From IMG/VR virus record IMGVR_UViG_3300010052_000216, positions 9,352 to 73,351 of that record: DNA of 64,000 bases. The stretch is one strand, 5' to 3'. The stretch comes from a virus. Lineage: Duplodnaviria > Caudoviricetes. The notes beneath the pieces are model-generated. The model was given only the letters and a program-made list of their open reading frames with translations. It did no database searches and was not told the origin of the DNA. Of the stretch, positions 9,850 to 19,126 are shown in pieces (positions within the stretch are counted from its first letter, which is position 1; every line of letters begins with the position of its first letter). The translations under genes were made by a program, and so were the position numbers.

Positions 9850-11502
9850 ATGATCCGTTTCGTGGGACTTATTTTGATCGTTGGACTAATTGATACTTTG
9901 TCTGCGACCGAAGAACCGAAAGCCCCAAATCCTGACAAAGCGGCAATCGTAAAACTGTTGCTGCGAGCGGCAGATGCCTACCAGCAGGACCAAGTTGAAG
10001 CAAATACTCCCGAACGATCATTGAGTTACATCTGGGCGAAAGAAAGAATCTCCAATCACCCGCTGATTTATGTCGCCACGGGGCTCGTGGCAAATGATGC
10101 TGATCAAGAGGCTCTCACGGTAGCCAAGCAAATCAAAGATGTAGGCCTGCAGGCCTACTGCCTGATTCAGATAGCCGATGACCAAGTGGAAAACAAACGC
10201 TTGGAAACGGCCGATCAGACCATCAAACGGGTTGTGCAATATGTCCGCGAGCAAGTACAGAATGCCGAGCTGCAGAAAGCCCTGCAACCGTCGCTGAATA
10301 CCGTCTTGTTAAAACGCTATGCCTCTGTTGAAGAGGCAAAAAAGCAAGCTCAGATCTTAGGGATCGATTGGCAAGCGGAAGACGCGACTGATCAAACATT
10401 CACCGTAGCCCAGTTTTTGTTCGAACTGGGAAAACTCGCGGAGGCAAGGAACTTACTTCTCGCCTTACCGGCCGATACTTTTGCTAAACGCCAGGGCCAG
10501 AGAGCCTTGGCGCGCAACGATGGAGCTGGCTTCTATGCCTGGATCGGCCGCTCCGTTGAGGCCCCCGATTCATATTCGGCCGATCATGTGCTTTTGGAAT
10601 GGCTCAGTGAAGATGGCGATTCTAAACAACTTCAGGAATTTCTGAATTTGATCAAGCCCCAACAGACGCTCCGCTACCAAATTCTCTGTTTGCTTGCGGC
10701 GCAGTATCAGGAAGCGAAGGACGATCAGCAACTGCAGGCGACCCTCGCGCAAATGAAAACGTTTGAGGATCAGCTCATCGAAAAACTGCCGGCGGAGGAG
10801 CGAAGTAAGATCGAATTTGCCCAACAGCTGGCGCGTTGTGATTTTGGTGCCGATCCGACGATTTTTTTCAAGGATGGCAAGCTCCTGGAAAAGTACCGCG
10901 ATCTGCCGGTATCCGTCATGCTTATCCCCATCCTCTGCAAAAAGAATCTGCCGGAACTTGCAGAAGAGATTGCGAAAGACAAAGAGCTTAACGAGCAGTT
11001 GCACGCTCAATTAGCCATCGCTTGGTACGACGTGAAACAACCCCAACGAGCGGAACCCCATCTCAAACAACTTAAGTCGCCCTTGGCGCGGCCACGATTC
11101 ACGGTCGTCTCGTCCATGGTTCACTATAAACAGGGTGAAAAAAAGTTAGCCCAAGAAACATTGCTCGAAGGGATCAAGCAAGTCGAGGCAGTTCGTTCCA
11201 CCAACAACTGGTTCCCGCCACCGGAAGAGGTTAAGCACGAAGACAAATGGCATGCCATGACCTTTGCCTATCGGTTAGCGGTTCAGCAAGAGAGCATCGA
11301 TCCATTATTAAGTGCCCCCAGCCAATATGTTTCGGTCAAAATAGTAGCCCATGAATTGGGTTTACGGAATGATCAGAAGAGCTTTGAAAAGCTGCTGGCC
11401 GGTTTAGCCGAGCGAAAAGATGGCAGCCGCACTTACGCGCTGATTGGTTTCAGCCAAGGGGTAGCGCATTATCAAAAAGAGCAGCATAAGTCCGATCCAT
11501 AG
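9850..11502 (+). CDS. Exported alpha-helical (TPR-like) protein of unknown function
   Basis: Signal peptide MIRFVGLILIVGL; Ala/Leu/Gln/Glu-rich helical repeats; 550 aa. Confidence 0.6.
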   Translation: MIRFVGLILIVGLIDTLSATEEPKAPNPDKAAIVKLLLRAADAYQQDQVEANTPERSLSYIWAKERISNHPLIYVATGLVANDADQEALTVAKQIKDVGLQAYCLIQIADDQVENKRLETADQTIKRVVQYVREQVQNAELQKALQPSLNTVLLKRYASVEEAKKQAQILGIDWQAEDATDQTFTVAQFLFELGKLAEARNLLLALPADTFAKRQGQRALARNDGAGFYAWIGRSVEAPDSYSADHVLLEWLSEDGDSKQLQEFLNLIKPQQTLRYQILCLLAAQYQEAKDDQQLQATLAQMKTFEDQLIEKLPAEERSKIEFAQQLARCDFGADPTIFFKDGKLLEKYRDLPVSVMLIPILCKKNLPELAEEIAKDKELNEQLHAQLAIAWYDVKQPQRAEPHLKQLKSPLARPRFTVVSSMVHYKQGEKKLAQETLLEGIKQVEAVRSTNNWFPPPEEVKHEDKWHAMTFAYRLAVQQESIDPLLSAPSQYVSVKIVAHELGLRNDQKSFEKLLAGLAERKDGSRTYALIGFSQGVAHYQKEQHKSDP

Positions 11503-11655
11503 TCTTACTACCGCTTATCTGGCGTTTTTGGCCTGCCAAATCGGTTGGCCTATACAGTGAACCCCAACCAATGATCGGCTGTCCCTCCTTCGATTGGGCC
11601 GAGGTATTCGATTCCTCAAGCTGACTCCATAAGAAGTATTTTAAAGGATGATCAC

Positions 11656-13215
11656 ATGAGTAACGAAATTACTTCAGCAACACCGAATGCTACTGATGAT
11701 GGCTATGAAGACTTCGAAGCATTGATTCGGGAGAGGATCAGCAAGCTTCAGACGCCGTTGTTTTACGTTGAAGTAGCGGACCTCTTTCAAGTTTATCTAG
11801 CTAACATCAGCGAGGATCAGCGGCAAGTTTACCAATGTGCTTGTTGCCGAAAGTTCATCGAGCGGTTTGGCATTATTGTCACGATCGACGAGAGCGGCAA
11901 GCAAACCTCGCCCCTTTGGCAGGAATCTGAAATCCCGGCGTTTTTCCAAGCCGCTATTAAGGCACTGCGCATAGCCGTCGAGGCAGCCGATGTCGTTGGC
12001 GTGTTTCTTTCTGGAGCACAAACTTGGGGAACGCCCAAGTCGATCAAGGGCTGGACGCATCTCAGTGGAGTCAATCCTCTCCCCTTTAGCAACTCGCGCA
12101 TGATGACGGCGCGCCAGCAACAGGCGGAACTGAAGGAAGAATATGCACTGTTGGGAAGAGCGATCAGCCAGTACAGTCTGGTGACGGTCGAAAATGCGCT
12201 GCAAATCTTGAAGTCGGAACAATTTCCCGGTTACGAAAAAGGAGTCTCGATTGCCGAGTGGTTCCACAAATTGCTGGCTCAACTCAAAGGCACCCGCAAC
12301 GCACAAGCGAAGAAAAACCTTCATTGGCGGACAGCAGCGACGGCTCCACCAGGCTGGTCACATCTTAGCAACGGCATGGTCGGGACATTGCTCGAAGATT
12401 TGCAAGCGGGCAAATCCTTCGAAGAATGTCAGCGCTCGTGGTCGACAAAAATGCATCCGCTGCAGTATCAACGCCCTTCGGCCCCCATCAGCGAAAATCA
12501 GATCGCCGTCGCCGAAAAGCTCGTCGAGAAGCTAGGAGTTGCCCCGGCGTTGAAACGAAGCTTTGCCACGTTGGATCAAGTCAAGAATATTCTTTGGCGG
12601 CCAACAATCGATGAGGAAAAGACGGCAGCGTCGGGCGTCTTTGGTCATTTGAAAGCAATCATTCCACAACAGAATGTTTCGATTCCCAACAGTAATATCA
12701 CATGGGCAAAATTTAGTCGTGACATTTTGCCCGCGGCACGCACACTGGAGGTTAACTGTCCGGCGCATGGCTCCTACGTTGGTATCCTGACTGCCGAGGA
12801 TTATGACGCGAAACCCATCATGCAATGGGATTCGCCACAGGACCGTAATCCGACCAACCATTACTTTTATCACAACGGATCAGACGCCTCAGATTGGGGG
12901 ATTGCTAGCGGCTGGAATCCCGTCGCTGCAGTCTTCACCGCACCGCACGGCAATGTCTTGGCGCATTTCGAGAAATTCATTGTGTTCAACGTGGAACGGA
13001 TGCGCGATAGAACCATTAGTAGTGCTTGCCTCTTCCCAGAAGTCCTCAAAACAGAATTCCGGGAAATTCGAGCCGTCATCGAAAAGTATTCGAACAAGGC
13101 GAAACCATCGCGTGCTGATCTTGGAAATGCGAATGGTTTAGCATTTACCAAAAGCTCCCCTGTCAGTGTTCGCGTCAACGGCAATGCAACTTATACCATC
13201 GATCGTTTTGAGTAA
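11656..13215 (+). CDS. Hypothetical protein with CxCC motif
   Basis: 519-aa ORF with AAGGA SD; YQCACCRKFI near the N-terminus. Confidence 0.7.
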   Translation: MSNEITSATPNATDDGYEDFEALIRERISKLQTPLFYVEVADLFQVYLANISEDQRQVYQCACCRKFIERFGIIVTIDESGKQTSPLWQESEIPAFFQAAIKALRIAVEAADVVGVFLSGAQTWGTPKSIKGWTHLSGVNPLPFSNSRMMTARQQQAELKEEYALLGRAISQYSLVTVENALQILKSEQFPGYEKGVSIAEWFHKLLAQLKGTRNAQAKKNLHWRTAATAPPGWSHLSNGMVGTLLEDLQAGKSFEECQRSWSTKMHPLQYQRPSAPISENQIAVAEKLVEKLGVAPALKRSFATLDQVKNILWRPTIDEEKTAASGVFGHLKAIIPQQNVSIPNSNITWAKFSRDILPAARTLEVNCPAHGSYVGILTAEDYDAKPIMQWDSPQDRNPTNHYFYHNGSDASDWGIASGWNPVAAVFTAPHGNVLAHFEKFIVFNVERMRDRTISSACLFPEVLKTEFREIRAVIEKYSNKAKPSRADLGNANGLAFTKSSPVSVRVNGNATYTIDRFE

Positions 13216-13264
13216 TCACAGGGCAAGGGAATTAGGTGGTGATTAGGACTGCAAATATCCTCGT

Positions 13265-15532
13265 TTAGCGTCGCTTCTTTTGCAACTCGGCAAAACTCAC
13301 CCGCTCTCGCTTGATCGGAACGACTTTACCGCCTGAGCCTTCAAGCACGCTCCCTTGGATGGAGGCTGCAACGGCGCAGCCCACCAAGCAGTCGAACCAG
13401 TGGTTGTCACCCCGCTCGGGCCGCTGCTTCCATTCGTCCACTATCCGCCCACGTCCTTCAGTGCGCACCCGATATTCGGCTGTTAGATGTTCGGCCAACA
13501 ATCGATGCTGATTCGGATTCTCGCCAAAGAGTGATAAACACCCTCGGTCGCCCATCGCGACGGCCAACCGCGCATGGACGAACGTCTTCCAGTAATTGGT
13601 ATCAAAGACGGCATGCCGCACTGCCCGCTTGCCAGCGACATTGGGCATCCGCCAGTTGTGTCCTACCCGATCACCTGGTCGGCGTTTGTATTCGCTGAAC
13701 GGCTGGCTTGAGGCCCCAACAAAACGCCCGTGACTAGGGAGAATGATTCCCGCATGTGCCGATTGCCGGCAGAACTGATAAACGACGTCCGTGCTGGAAC
13801 CCCAGTTGGCATCGATCATGCAGCGCTCAATCCGCAACATCGCCCCATCATCACGCCGCCACTCTCGGCCAAGATAAGACCGAGTAAGTGCTTCGAGTCC
13901 CGCGTAGATCGAGCCTTCCAGCCCCGTCGCTTTCGTTACCGTGGCGAGTGTTTGTCGAGCATCGCGCAGCGTGAAGTACGGTCGTTGCTGATCCGGGAAG
14001 GTGCCGTAATCGACGACGTACCCCGTAAAATCATCTTCCCACGCGGTCACAACAAAGAACAACAACGCCTGCTGCACGTCAACGAACATCGTCAGGTGGT
14101 TGCAACCGATGGGCACGATCCCGCGGGCGATTCGATTGACCTTGGCCGCGATCTGGTCCGCCGTCAGTTCGTTATCACCCGGGGTTTCCTCAGGCAAGGG
14201 TTCGTTTTGGTAGTTGGCGAAGAACGCCGCTTCATCTTGCAGCCGCAAGTTCATCGCATGCTGAATCGCCGACAGTTCGTCATGGTTGAACCGCTCGGGC
14301 CAAGCAATCTGAGCCCCGGCGTCCATCGCTTCGCGGTTGGCGGCATAGAACTCTGTCGCCAAATGATGATCGCCGTGTGCACGTAGACTTTCGGCACGCA
14401 GTTCCCCATACCGCTGCCACATCTTTTCGTCAGCGGGGAATAAATACACGAGCTTTGTCCGCTGGCCATTCCATTCCGGATGCTTGTCACGGGAGAGAAT
14501 GTTGTCGGCCATGTCGCTAGGCCGAATCACGGTGCACGGCATGATGCCCGAGATCTTTTTGCCCGGACCAGCGAGCCCGAGGATCGCCCCGGCCAGGATC
14601 CCTTCGCGAGTCGCGCATTGCGACAGCGAACGGGCCGATTCGTCGGTTTGCGGATCGTCGATCACGACGAGCGTGGGACGCACGGTCCGGCCATCGGACC
14701 GTTTATATTTCATGCCCCGGATGCGGCCCGTGATACCGGCTACTTTGATAATCGTCCCACTTGCCTTACTGCCAGGCATCGTCGGTAACACGATCTCGCG
14801 CGCCGTCCAGCCGATGTGCGTCCGTTCTTCCTTGTAGAGTTGCCCGTTGCAGCGATTGGCGATCCCGTCCAGGGCCTGGATTGGATACACGACTTCGGGG
14901 TAGTCCGCTAGCAAGAGATCATTCCCATCGAGTTCCATCTTAATCGACTCGAGCATATCCATCGCGTGGCCTTCGTCCGAGCCGATCAAACAGACGAACT
15001 CCCGATGGCCATTCAATACGGCCCAGATGCAAGCACACTCGCAGATCGTCGTCTTGCCGCTGCCGCGTGGCATGGCCATCGCAAACAAACCGCCTTGCAG
15101 CACGGCCTGCTCGATCATTTCGATGACCCGGATGTGATCGGGCGACCACGGCAGATGAAACGTCAGCGGAAAGTACGAATCGCAAAAGAACCGAAAATCC
15201 CTCGCTGCTCGCTCTTTGCGTTCGGGATTCACGACCTGTGGCAACTCACCAATGTCGCGTCCTGCTAAGGCGATCGCCGCGTTGCGTGCACGAGCGCGGT
15301 CTTTCAGTTTTTCATATGGGTCGCCGGTCCCCGCGGGCTTGGGCATGTGATGCTGCTCGACCAGCCATGCGGTGTAGCGGAGCAAATCGACGTGCCGGGC
15401 GTCGCCGATCCGCAAACCGGCGCGCGAGCGATGGCGATGCAATTGCCGTTCATTCAGAACTTCGCCGAGCGGTGTGGAGTTTAATAAACGGCACAGTTCG
15501 CTCGGACGAAGCTTGCGTGGATCATTGGGCAT
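13265..15532 (-). CDS. Terminase large subunit, GpA family, with N-terminal small-subunit-like extension
   Basis: Walker A MPRGSGKT, IDDPQ, nuclease FVDVQ and DNHWFDCLVG; start MPNDP at 15532. Confidence 0.9.
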   Translation of the reverse strand: MPNDPRKLRPSELCRLLNSTPLGEVLNERQLHRHRSRAGLRIGDARHVDLLRYTAWLVEQHHMPKPAGTGDPYEKLKDRARARNAAIALAGRDIGELPQVVNPERKERAARDFRFFCDSYFPLTFHLPWSPDHIRVIEMIEQAVLQGGLFAMAMPRGSGKTTICECACIWAVLNGHREFVCLIGSDEGHAMDMLESIKMELDGNDLLLADYPEVVYPIQALDGIANRCNGQLYKEERTHIGWTAREIVLPTMPGSKASGTIIKVAGITGRIRGMKYKRSDGRTVRPTLVVIDDPQTDESARSLSQCATREGILAGAILGLAGPGKKISGIMPCTVIRPSDMADNILSRDKHPEWNGQRTKLVYLFPADEKMWQRYGELRAESLRAHGDHHLATEFYAANREAMDAGAQIAWPERFNHDELSAIQHAMNLRLQDEAAFFANYQNEPLPEETPGDNELTADQIAAKVNRIARGIVPIGCNHLTMFVDVQQALLFFVVTAWEDDFTGYVVDYGTFPDQQRPYFTLRDARQTLATVTKATGLEGSIYAGLEALTRSYLGREWRRDDGAMLRIERCMIDANWGSSTDVVYQFCRQSAHAGIILPSHGRFVGASSQPFSEYKRRPGDRVGHNWRMPNVAGKRAVRHAVFDTNYWKTFVHARLAVAMGDRGCLSLFGENPNQHRLLAEHLTAEYRVRTEGRGRIVDEWKQRPERGDNHWFDCLVGCAVAASIQGSVLEGSGGKVVPIKRERVSFAELQKKRR

Positions 15533-15749
15533 AGGCTTCCTCCCCGCTGCGATGCAGTTCGCGCACCAACCACGCGGCATAGCGCACCAAATTCAACGTG
15601 CCATCGGCATTCGTCGGCGCGCCGGCGCTGATATCACGGCGCAGCAACTCTTCAGCAATTGGTCGGCCACTGACTTTTGTGAGCAGCCGCGCCGCATCCG
15701 TAATTGCCAATGCTGCGGGATTAATGGCCTTATTGGGTTCAGCCGCCAT
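15522..15749 (-). CDS. Putative terminase small subunit (Nu1-position wHTH)
   Basis: 75 aa overlapping the terL start; LNLVRYAAWLV motif shared with the TerL N-terminus. Confidence 0.55.
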   Translation of the reverse strand: MAAEPNKAINPAALAITDAARLLTKVSGRPIAEELLRRDISAGAPTNADGTLNLVRYAAWLVRELHRSGEEAYAQ

Positions 15750-15810
15750 GGTTTCGGTCGCCCTAAAAGTGGAAAGCTGCAGATTCTTTTGGAATTAATC
15801 AATTCAGCGC

Positions 15811-15841
15811 TTGATGTCGTTCAAAACGCATGGCTCATGTG
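15811..15841 (+). promoter_or_regulatory. Putative promoter TTGATGT-N12-ATGGCTCATGTG
   Basis: Same bipartite motif with identical spacing at 17373-17403; each precedes small plus-strand ORFs. Confidence 0.5.
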
Positions 15842-15889
15842 TGTGTGTCAAAACGAATTACGTTTCCAACAACCCAAGGAGAACCAACG

Positions 15890-16213
15890 ATGACCAACCA
15901 CGAAGATTTCGACCTCGGCCACGACATGCAAATCAATAAGCCCAAGCGCCGCAGTTCGGGTGGCGGGACTTGGGTGAGCGGAACCTTGCACGAACACCGC
16001 TTCGACGCCCTGGTATTCCCCGAACACGCCGAGGTCGCCGAATACGAACTCGAAGACAGCCGAATTTCAAAGCTTTGGATTCAACGCAGCGCCGACAAGG
16101 TGACAACCTTCAATTGGGATCGCGGCTTAGACATCCCGGCTGCCGACGAACTCACGCAAGCGATTGTGGACTTCCTGGCCGCCGGCCTCGCCGACCATGT
16201 GTACGCCGAATAG
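15890..16213 (+). CDS. Phage hypothetical protein (DUF7678-like)
   Basis: AAGGAG SD; SRISKLW...NWDRGLD motif recalled from that family. Confidence 0.6.
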   Translation: MTNHEDFDLGHDMQINKPKRRSSGGGTWVSGTLHEHRFDALVFPEHAEVAEYELEDSRISKLWIQRSADKVTTFNWDRGLDIPAADELTQAIVDFLAAGLADHVYAE

Positions 16214-16241
16214 CACCACCATTTTTTTAGGAGCACGAACC

Positions 16242-16490
16242 ATGACGATTGACCAACTGATTGAACGCCTCGAGGAATACCGCGACACGCTCGGAGGTAA
16301 CACCGAGGTCCGCTTGATGACTCAGCAGAATTGGCCGTTTGAAAATCAAATCACGGGCCTAGCGTCCGGCGAAGAACTAAACCAACAAGACGTAGACGAT
16401 GACGATGTCCCCGATGACCAGGTGGTCTACATCGTCGAAGGCCAACAACTTCGCTACGGGTCCAAACGGGCTTGGGAGATCGCCTACTAA
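16242..16490 (+). CDS. Acidic phage hypothetical protein (82 aa)
   Basis: AGGAG SD; MTIDQLIERLEEY... Confidence 0.7.
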   Translation: MTIDQLIERLEEYRDTLGGNTEVRLMTQQNWPFENQITGLASGEELNQQDVDDDDVPDDQVVYIVEGQQLRYGSKRAWEIAY

Positions 16491-16491
16491 C

Positions 16492-16551
16492 GCCGAAACG
16501 CGCGATGAGCGCGTCGCGGCGGGTGGTTCCCGCCGCCTGATGATGGCAGCC
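16492..16551 (+). ncRNA. Type II hammerhead ribozyme (one-nucleotide core insertion)
   Basis: GCC-GAAA-[stem III ACGCGC/GCGCGU]-C cleavage after 16515 (GUC)-[stem I GCGGCGGG/CCCGCCGC]-CUGAUGA-U-GGC. Loop I GGUU can pair with the 3' AGCC. Confidence 0.8.
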
Positions 16552-16581
16552 TTTTCCATTCGCATTCCCGGGAGACGAATT

Positions 16582-16995
16582 ATGACCACGAAGAAAAAAG
16601 CAGCACCGAAGGCCATGACAGCCGGCAAAGCAGCGGCGAAGGGCAAAAAACAAACGTCCAAGTTGCTGGCCGAGTCCCGCAAGGCGGTCGCGGCCGATAT
16701 TGCCGAGTTGGAAAAACAAGAATCCAAACCGAAAACCAAACGCCAACCCAAGGAATCAAAGCCCAAGAAACTGAGCGCCCTCGATGCGGCGGTTCAAGTC
16801 TTGGCTGCTTCCAAAGAACCGTTGAACTGCCCGCAACTGATCGAGGCCATGACGACCCAAGGCTTGTGGACCAGTCCCGGCGGCAAGACGCCGCACGCCA
16901 CGCTCTTTAGCGCGATCATGCGGGAGATCAAGACCAAAGGCAAAGAAGCACGCTTTACCAAAACCGAACGCGGGCATTTTGCCGCTGCCAAGTAG
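16582..16995 (+). CDS. Lys-rich protein with HARE-HTH winged-helix domain
   Basis: LSALDAAVQVL...GLWTSPGGKTPHATLFSAIMREI...RF.K..RG.F; histone-like KKAAPKA N-terminus. Confidence 0.8.
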   Translation: MTTKKKAAPKAMTAGKAAAKGKKQTSKLLAESRKAVAADIAELEKQESKPKTKRQPKESKPKKLSALDAAVQVLAASKEPLNCPQLIEAMTTQGLWTSPGGKTPHATLFSAIMREIKTKGKEARFTKTERGHFAAAK

Positions 16996-17009
16996 GAGCA
17001 TCAATCACC

Positions 17010-17189
17010 ATGAAAAATGAACTTCGTGTCGCGGACGCACTCCGCAAGGTAACCGCTGCCATGCATACTGAATTGGAAACCGGTCGGCGCTCGACTCGCA
17101 TCGATGCGCACGACCTGCTCGATTTGCTGTTGGCGGTTGCCGACGAACTCGATCCGCCGCTGCCCAAGCCCAAACGCCGGCAGCGCTAG
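17010..17189 (+). CDS. 59-aa hypothetical protein (below ORF-track cut-off)
   Basis: AGGAG SD; MKNELRVADALRKV...KPKRRQR*; followed by a terminator. Confidence 0.6.
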   Translation: MKNELRVADALRKVTAAMHTELETGRRSTRIDAHDLLDLLLAVADELDPPLPKPKRRQR

Positions 17190-17209
17190 CTGCCACGGAC
17201 TTGGCACCC

Positions 17210-17243
17210 AACGCCCCACGTCCGCCACGTTGGGGCGTTTTGT
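17210..17243 (+). terminator. Intrinsic terminator
   Basis: AACGCCCCA...TGGGGCGTT stem followed by TTGT. Confidence 0.55.
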
Positions 17244-17372
17244 CGTTGGTCGCCACCAAGGCCAACCCAGGCGACGCCCCGCCACACCGGGCCACACGGG
17301 GTACGTGGCAAAAGCCTCGTGCCGCACTGGCGTTTCGCCGCGCACAAATCAGGGAGTTCAATACGCGGGCTA

Positions 17373-17403
17373 TTGATGTTTTTTGCCGTTGATGGCTCCT
17401 GTG
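17373..17403 (+). promoter_or_regulatory. Second copy of TTGATGT-N12-ATGGCTC promoter-like motif
   Basis: Matches 15811-15841; 37 nt before the ATG at 17441. Confidence 0.5.
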
Positions 17404-17440
17404 GTGTTATCCAACCAACAATCTATTTCGGGGAACCCTA

Positions 17441-17647
17441 ATGACAACCTTCTACGTCGCCACGCTGGCCAGCTACGTTTTGGTGGAGGCCGCTGATGAA
17501 ACGCAAGCTCGGGAATTGGGCCACGCGGCGCTGGTCCAATTGACGGGCAAAGCGACGCCCCGCATCCGTACCATCCGTCTCGCTACGAACGACGAGATCG
17601 AACTCAGCCGCTGGCATCAAGAAATGCTGGATCGCGAAACGCGGTAA
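17441..17647 (+). CDS. 68-aa hypothetical protein
   Basis: Own promoter-like motif and terminator; plausible composition. Confidence 0.6.
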   Translation: MTTFYVATLASYVLVEAADETQARELGHAALVQLTGKATPRIRTIRLATNDEIELSRWHQEMLDRETR

Positions 17648-17672
17648 TCGACTATTCTTGATCGGCTCGATC

Positions 17673-19004
17673 CTATGCCCCGGCCAACGCCGGGGTTTTT
17701 TCGTTGGCAGGAACGCGGATGGCTTTCTTGCCGGTGAACTTCTCGTAGCGCTCGACGATCACATCGCAATACGGCGGATCGAGTTCCATCAGGAACGCCT
17801 TGCGCCCCGTCTGCTCGGCGGCGATCAATGTCGAACCACTCCCGCCGAACAGATCGAGGACGTTCTCGCCCATGCGCGACGAGTACTGCATTGCTCGTAC
17901 CGCCAACTCGACGGGCTTCTCGGTGAGATGCACCATCGATTGCGGATTGACCTTCTTCACATGCCACAGATCGGTCGCGTTGTTCGGGCCAAAGTACTCG
18001 TGGCCCGCTCCCAAGCGCCAGCCGTAAAAGCAGATCTCGAACGCGCCCATAAAATCCTTGCGCGTCAACACCGGATGCTGCTTGTCCCAGACGATCCCTT
18101 GGCTGAAATACAGCTCGTGTTTTTTAAGGTACGGTGGGTAGTTCCCCAGGTTGGCATAGCCGCCCCAGATGTAGAAACCACGGCCCGGTTCCAACACCCT
18201 TGCCATATTGCCGAACCAAGCATCAAGCAGTTCATCGAAAGCTTCGTCGGTAACAAAGTCGTTGGCCAGGGGACGATCCTTAGCACGCATCTTTTTGTGC
18301 GTCGCCTTGGCCTTCTCGGGATGCCGTTCCAGATCGAATTTTTGGTGATGTTTGTTGGGATTAGTGAAGCTGCTGTTGCCGGCGGCGATGGCATTATTGC
18401 TGCGCGGCTCGACCTTCACGTTGTAAGGCGGATCGGTGTTGATCAAGTGAATCACCTCACCGTCGAGCAGCCGATCGAGGTCTTCAGGCTTCGACGAGTC
18501 GCCGCACAACAGTCGATGGTCGCCAAGAATCCATAAGTCACCGTGCTGGGTAATCGCTTGATCTGGTGGAGTTGGCACTTCGTCCGGATCGCAAAGCCCT
18601 TCCTTGCCGTCCGGATTTAGCAGCTTGGCCAGTTCGTCCTGATCGAAGCCAAGCAACCCCAGGTCGTAGTTCGCCGCTTGCAGTTCACCCAACTCGATCG
18701 GCAGCAAATCGTAATTCCATTCGGCCAGTGACGCCGTCTGGTTGTCAGCGATTCGGAACGCCTTGATTTGTTCAGGCGTGAGGTCCTTGGCGATGTGAAC
18801 CGGGACTTTATCCAGGCCCAGCTTTTGAGCTGCCTTGAAGCGGGTGTGGCCACAGACGATCACGAAGTCCGGATCGACCACGATCGGCTGGCGGAATCCA
18901 TACTCGTGAATCGAGGCCGCCACGGCCTCGACCGCGTCATCGTTGAGCCGCGGATTGTTGGGGTACGGCTTCAGATCAGCCAAAGGTCGGAGTTCAATTT
19001 TCAT
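17673..19004 (-). CDS. ParB-N-terminal DNA methyltransferase (beta class, DPPY)
   Basis: ParB-like LKPYPNNPR...GFRQPIVVD; TDPPYN; DLFGGSGST. Confidence 0.9.
   Translation of the reverse strand: MKIELRPLADLKPYPNNPRLNDDAVEAVAASIHEYGFRQPIVVDPDFVIVCGHTRFKAAQKLGLDKVPVHIAKDLTPEQIKAFRIADNQTASLAEWNYDLLPIELGELQAANYDLGLLGFDQDELAKLLNPDGKEGLCDPDEVPTPPDQAITQHGDLWILGDHRLLCGDSSKPEDLDRLLDGEVIHLINTDPPYNVKVEPRSNNAIAAGNSSFTNPNKHHQKFDLERHPEKAKATHKKMRAKDRPLANDFVTDEAFDELLDAWFGNMARVLEPGRGFYIWGGYANLGNYPPYLKKHELYFSQGIVWDKQHPVLTRKDFMGAFEICFYGWRLGAGHEYFGPNNATDLWHVKKVNPQSMVHLTEKPVELAVRAMQYSSRMGENVLDLFGGSGSTLIAAEQTGRKAFLMELDPPYCDVIVERYEKFTGKKAIRVPANEKTPALAGA
17677..17701 (+). terminator. Intrinsic terminator overlapping the convergent methylase stop
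   Basis: GCCCCGGC-CAAC-GCCGGGGT followed by a T-run. Confidence 0.7.
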
Positions 19005-19126
19005 GTTTCACCTTATCAAAAGACAGGCTGTGAATTGTGATCTAATGCCAAGAATGTTAGGCTGCACATTCAATCGCAAAGTTCTGCGAATGCTTAGTAC
19101 CAGCCTATTTCTGTAATGATTCGCCC

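Noticed and set aside
17490-17505. Second hammerhead (CTGATGAAAC)
   Set aside because: It lies inside a coding ORF and the flanking stems cannot be formed.
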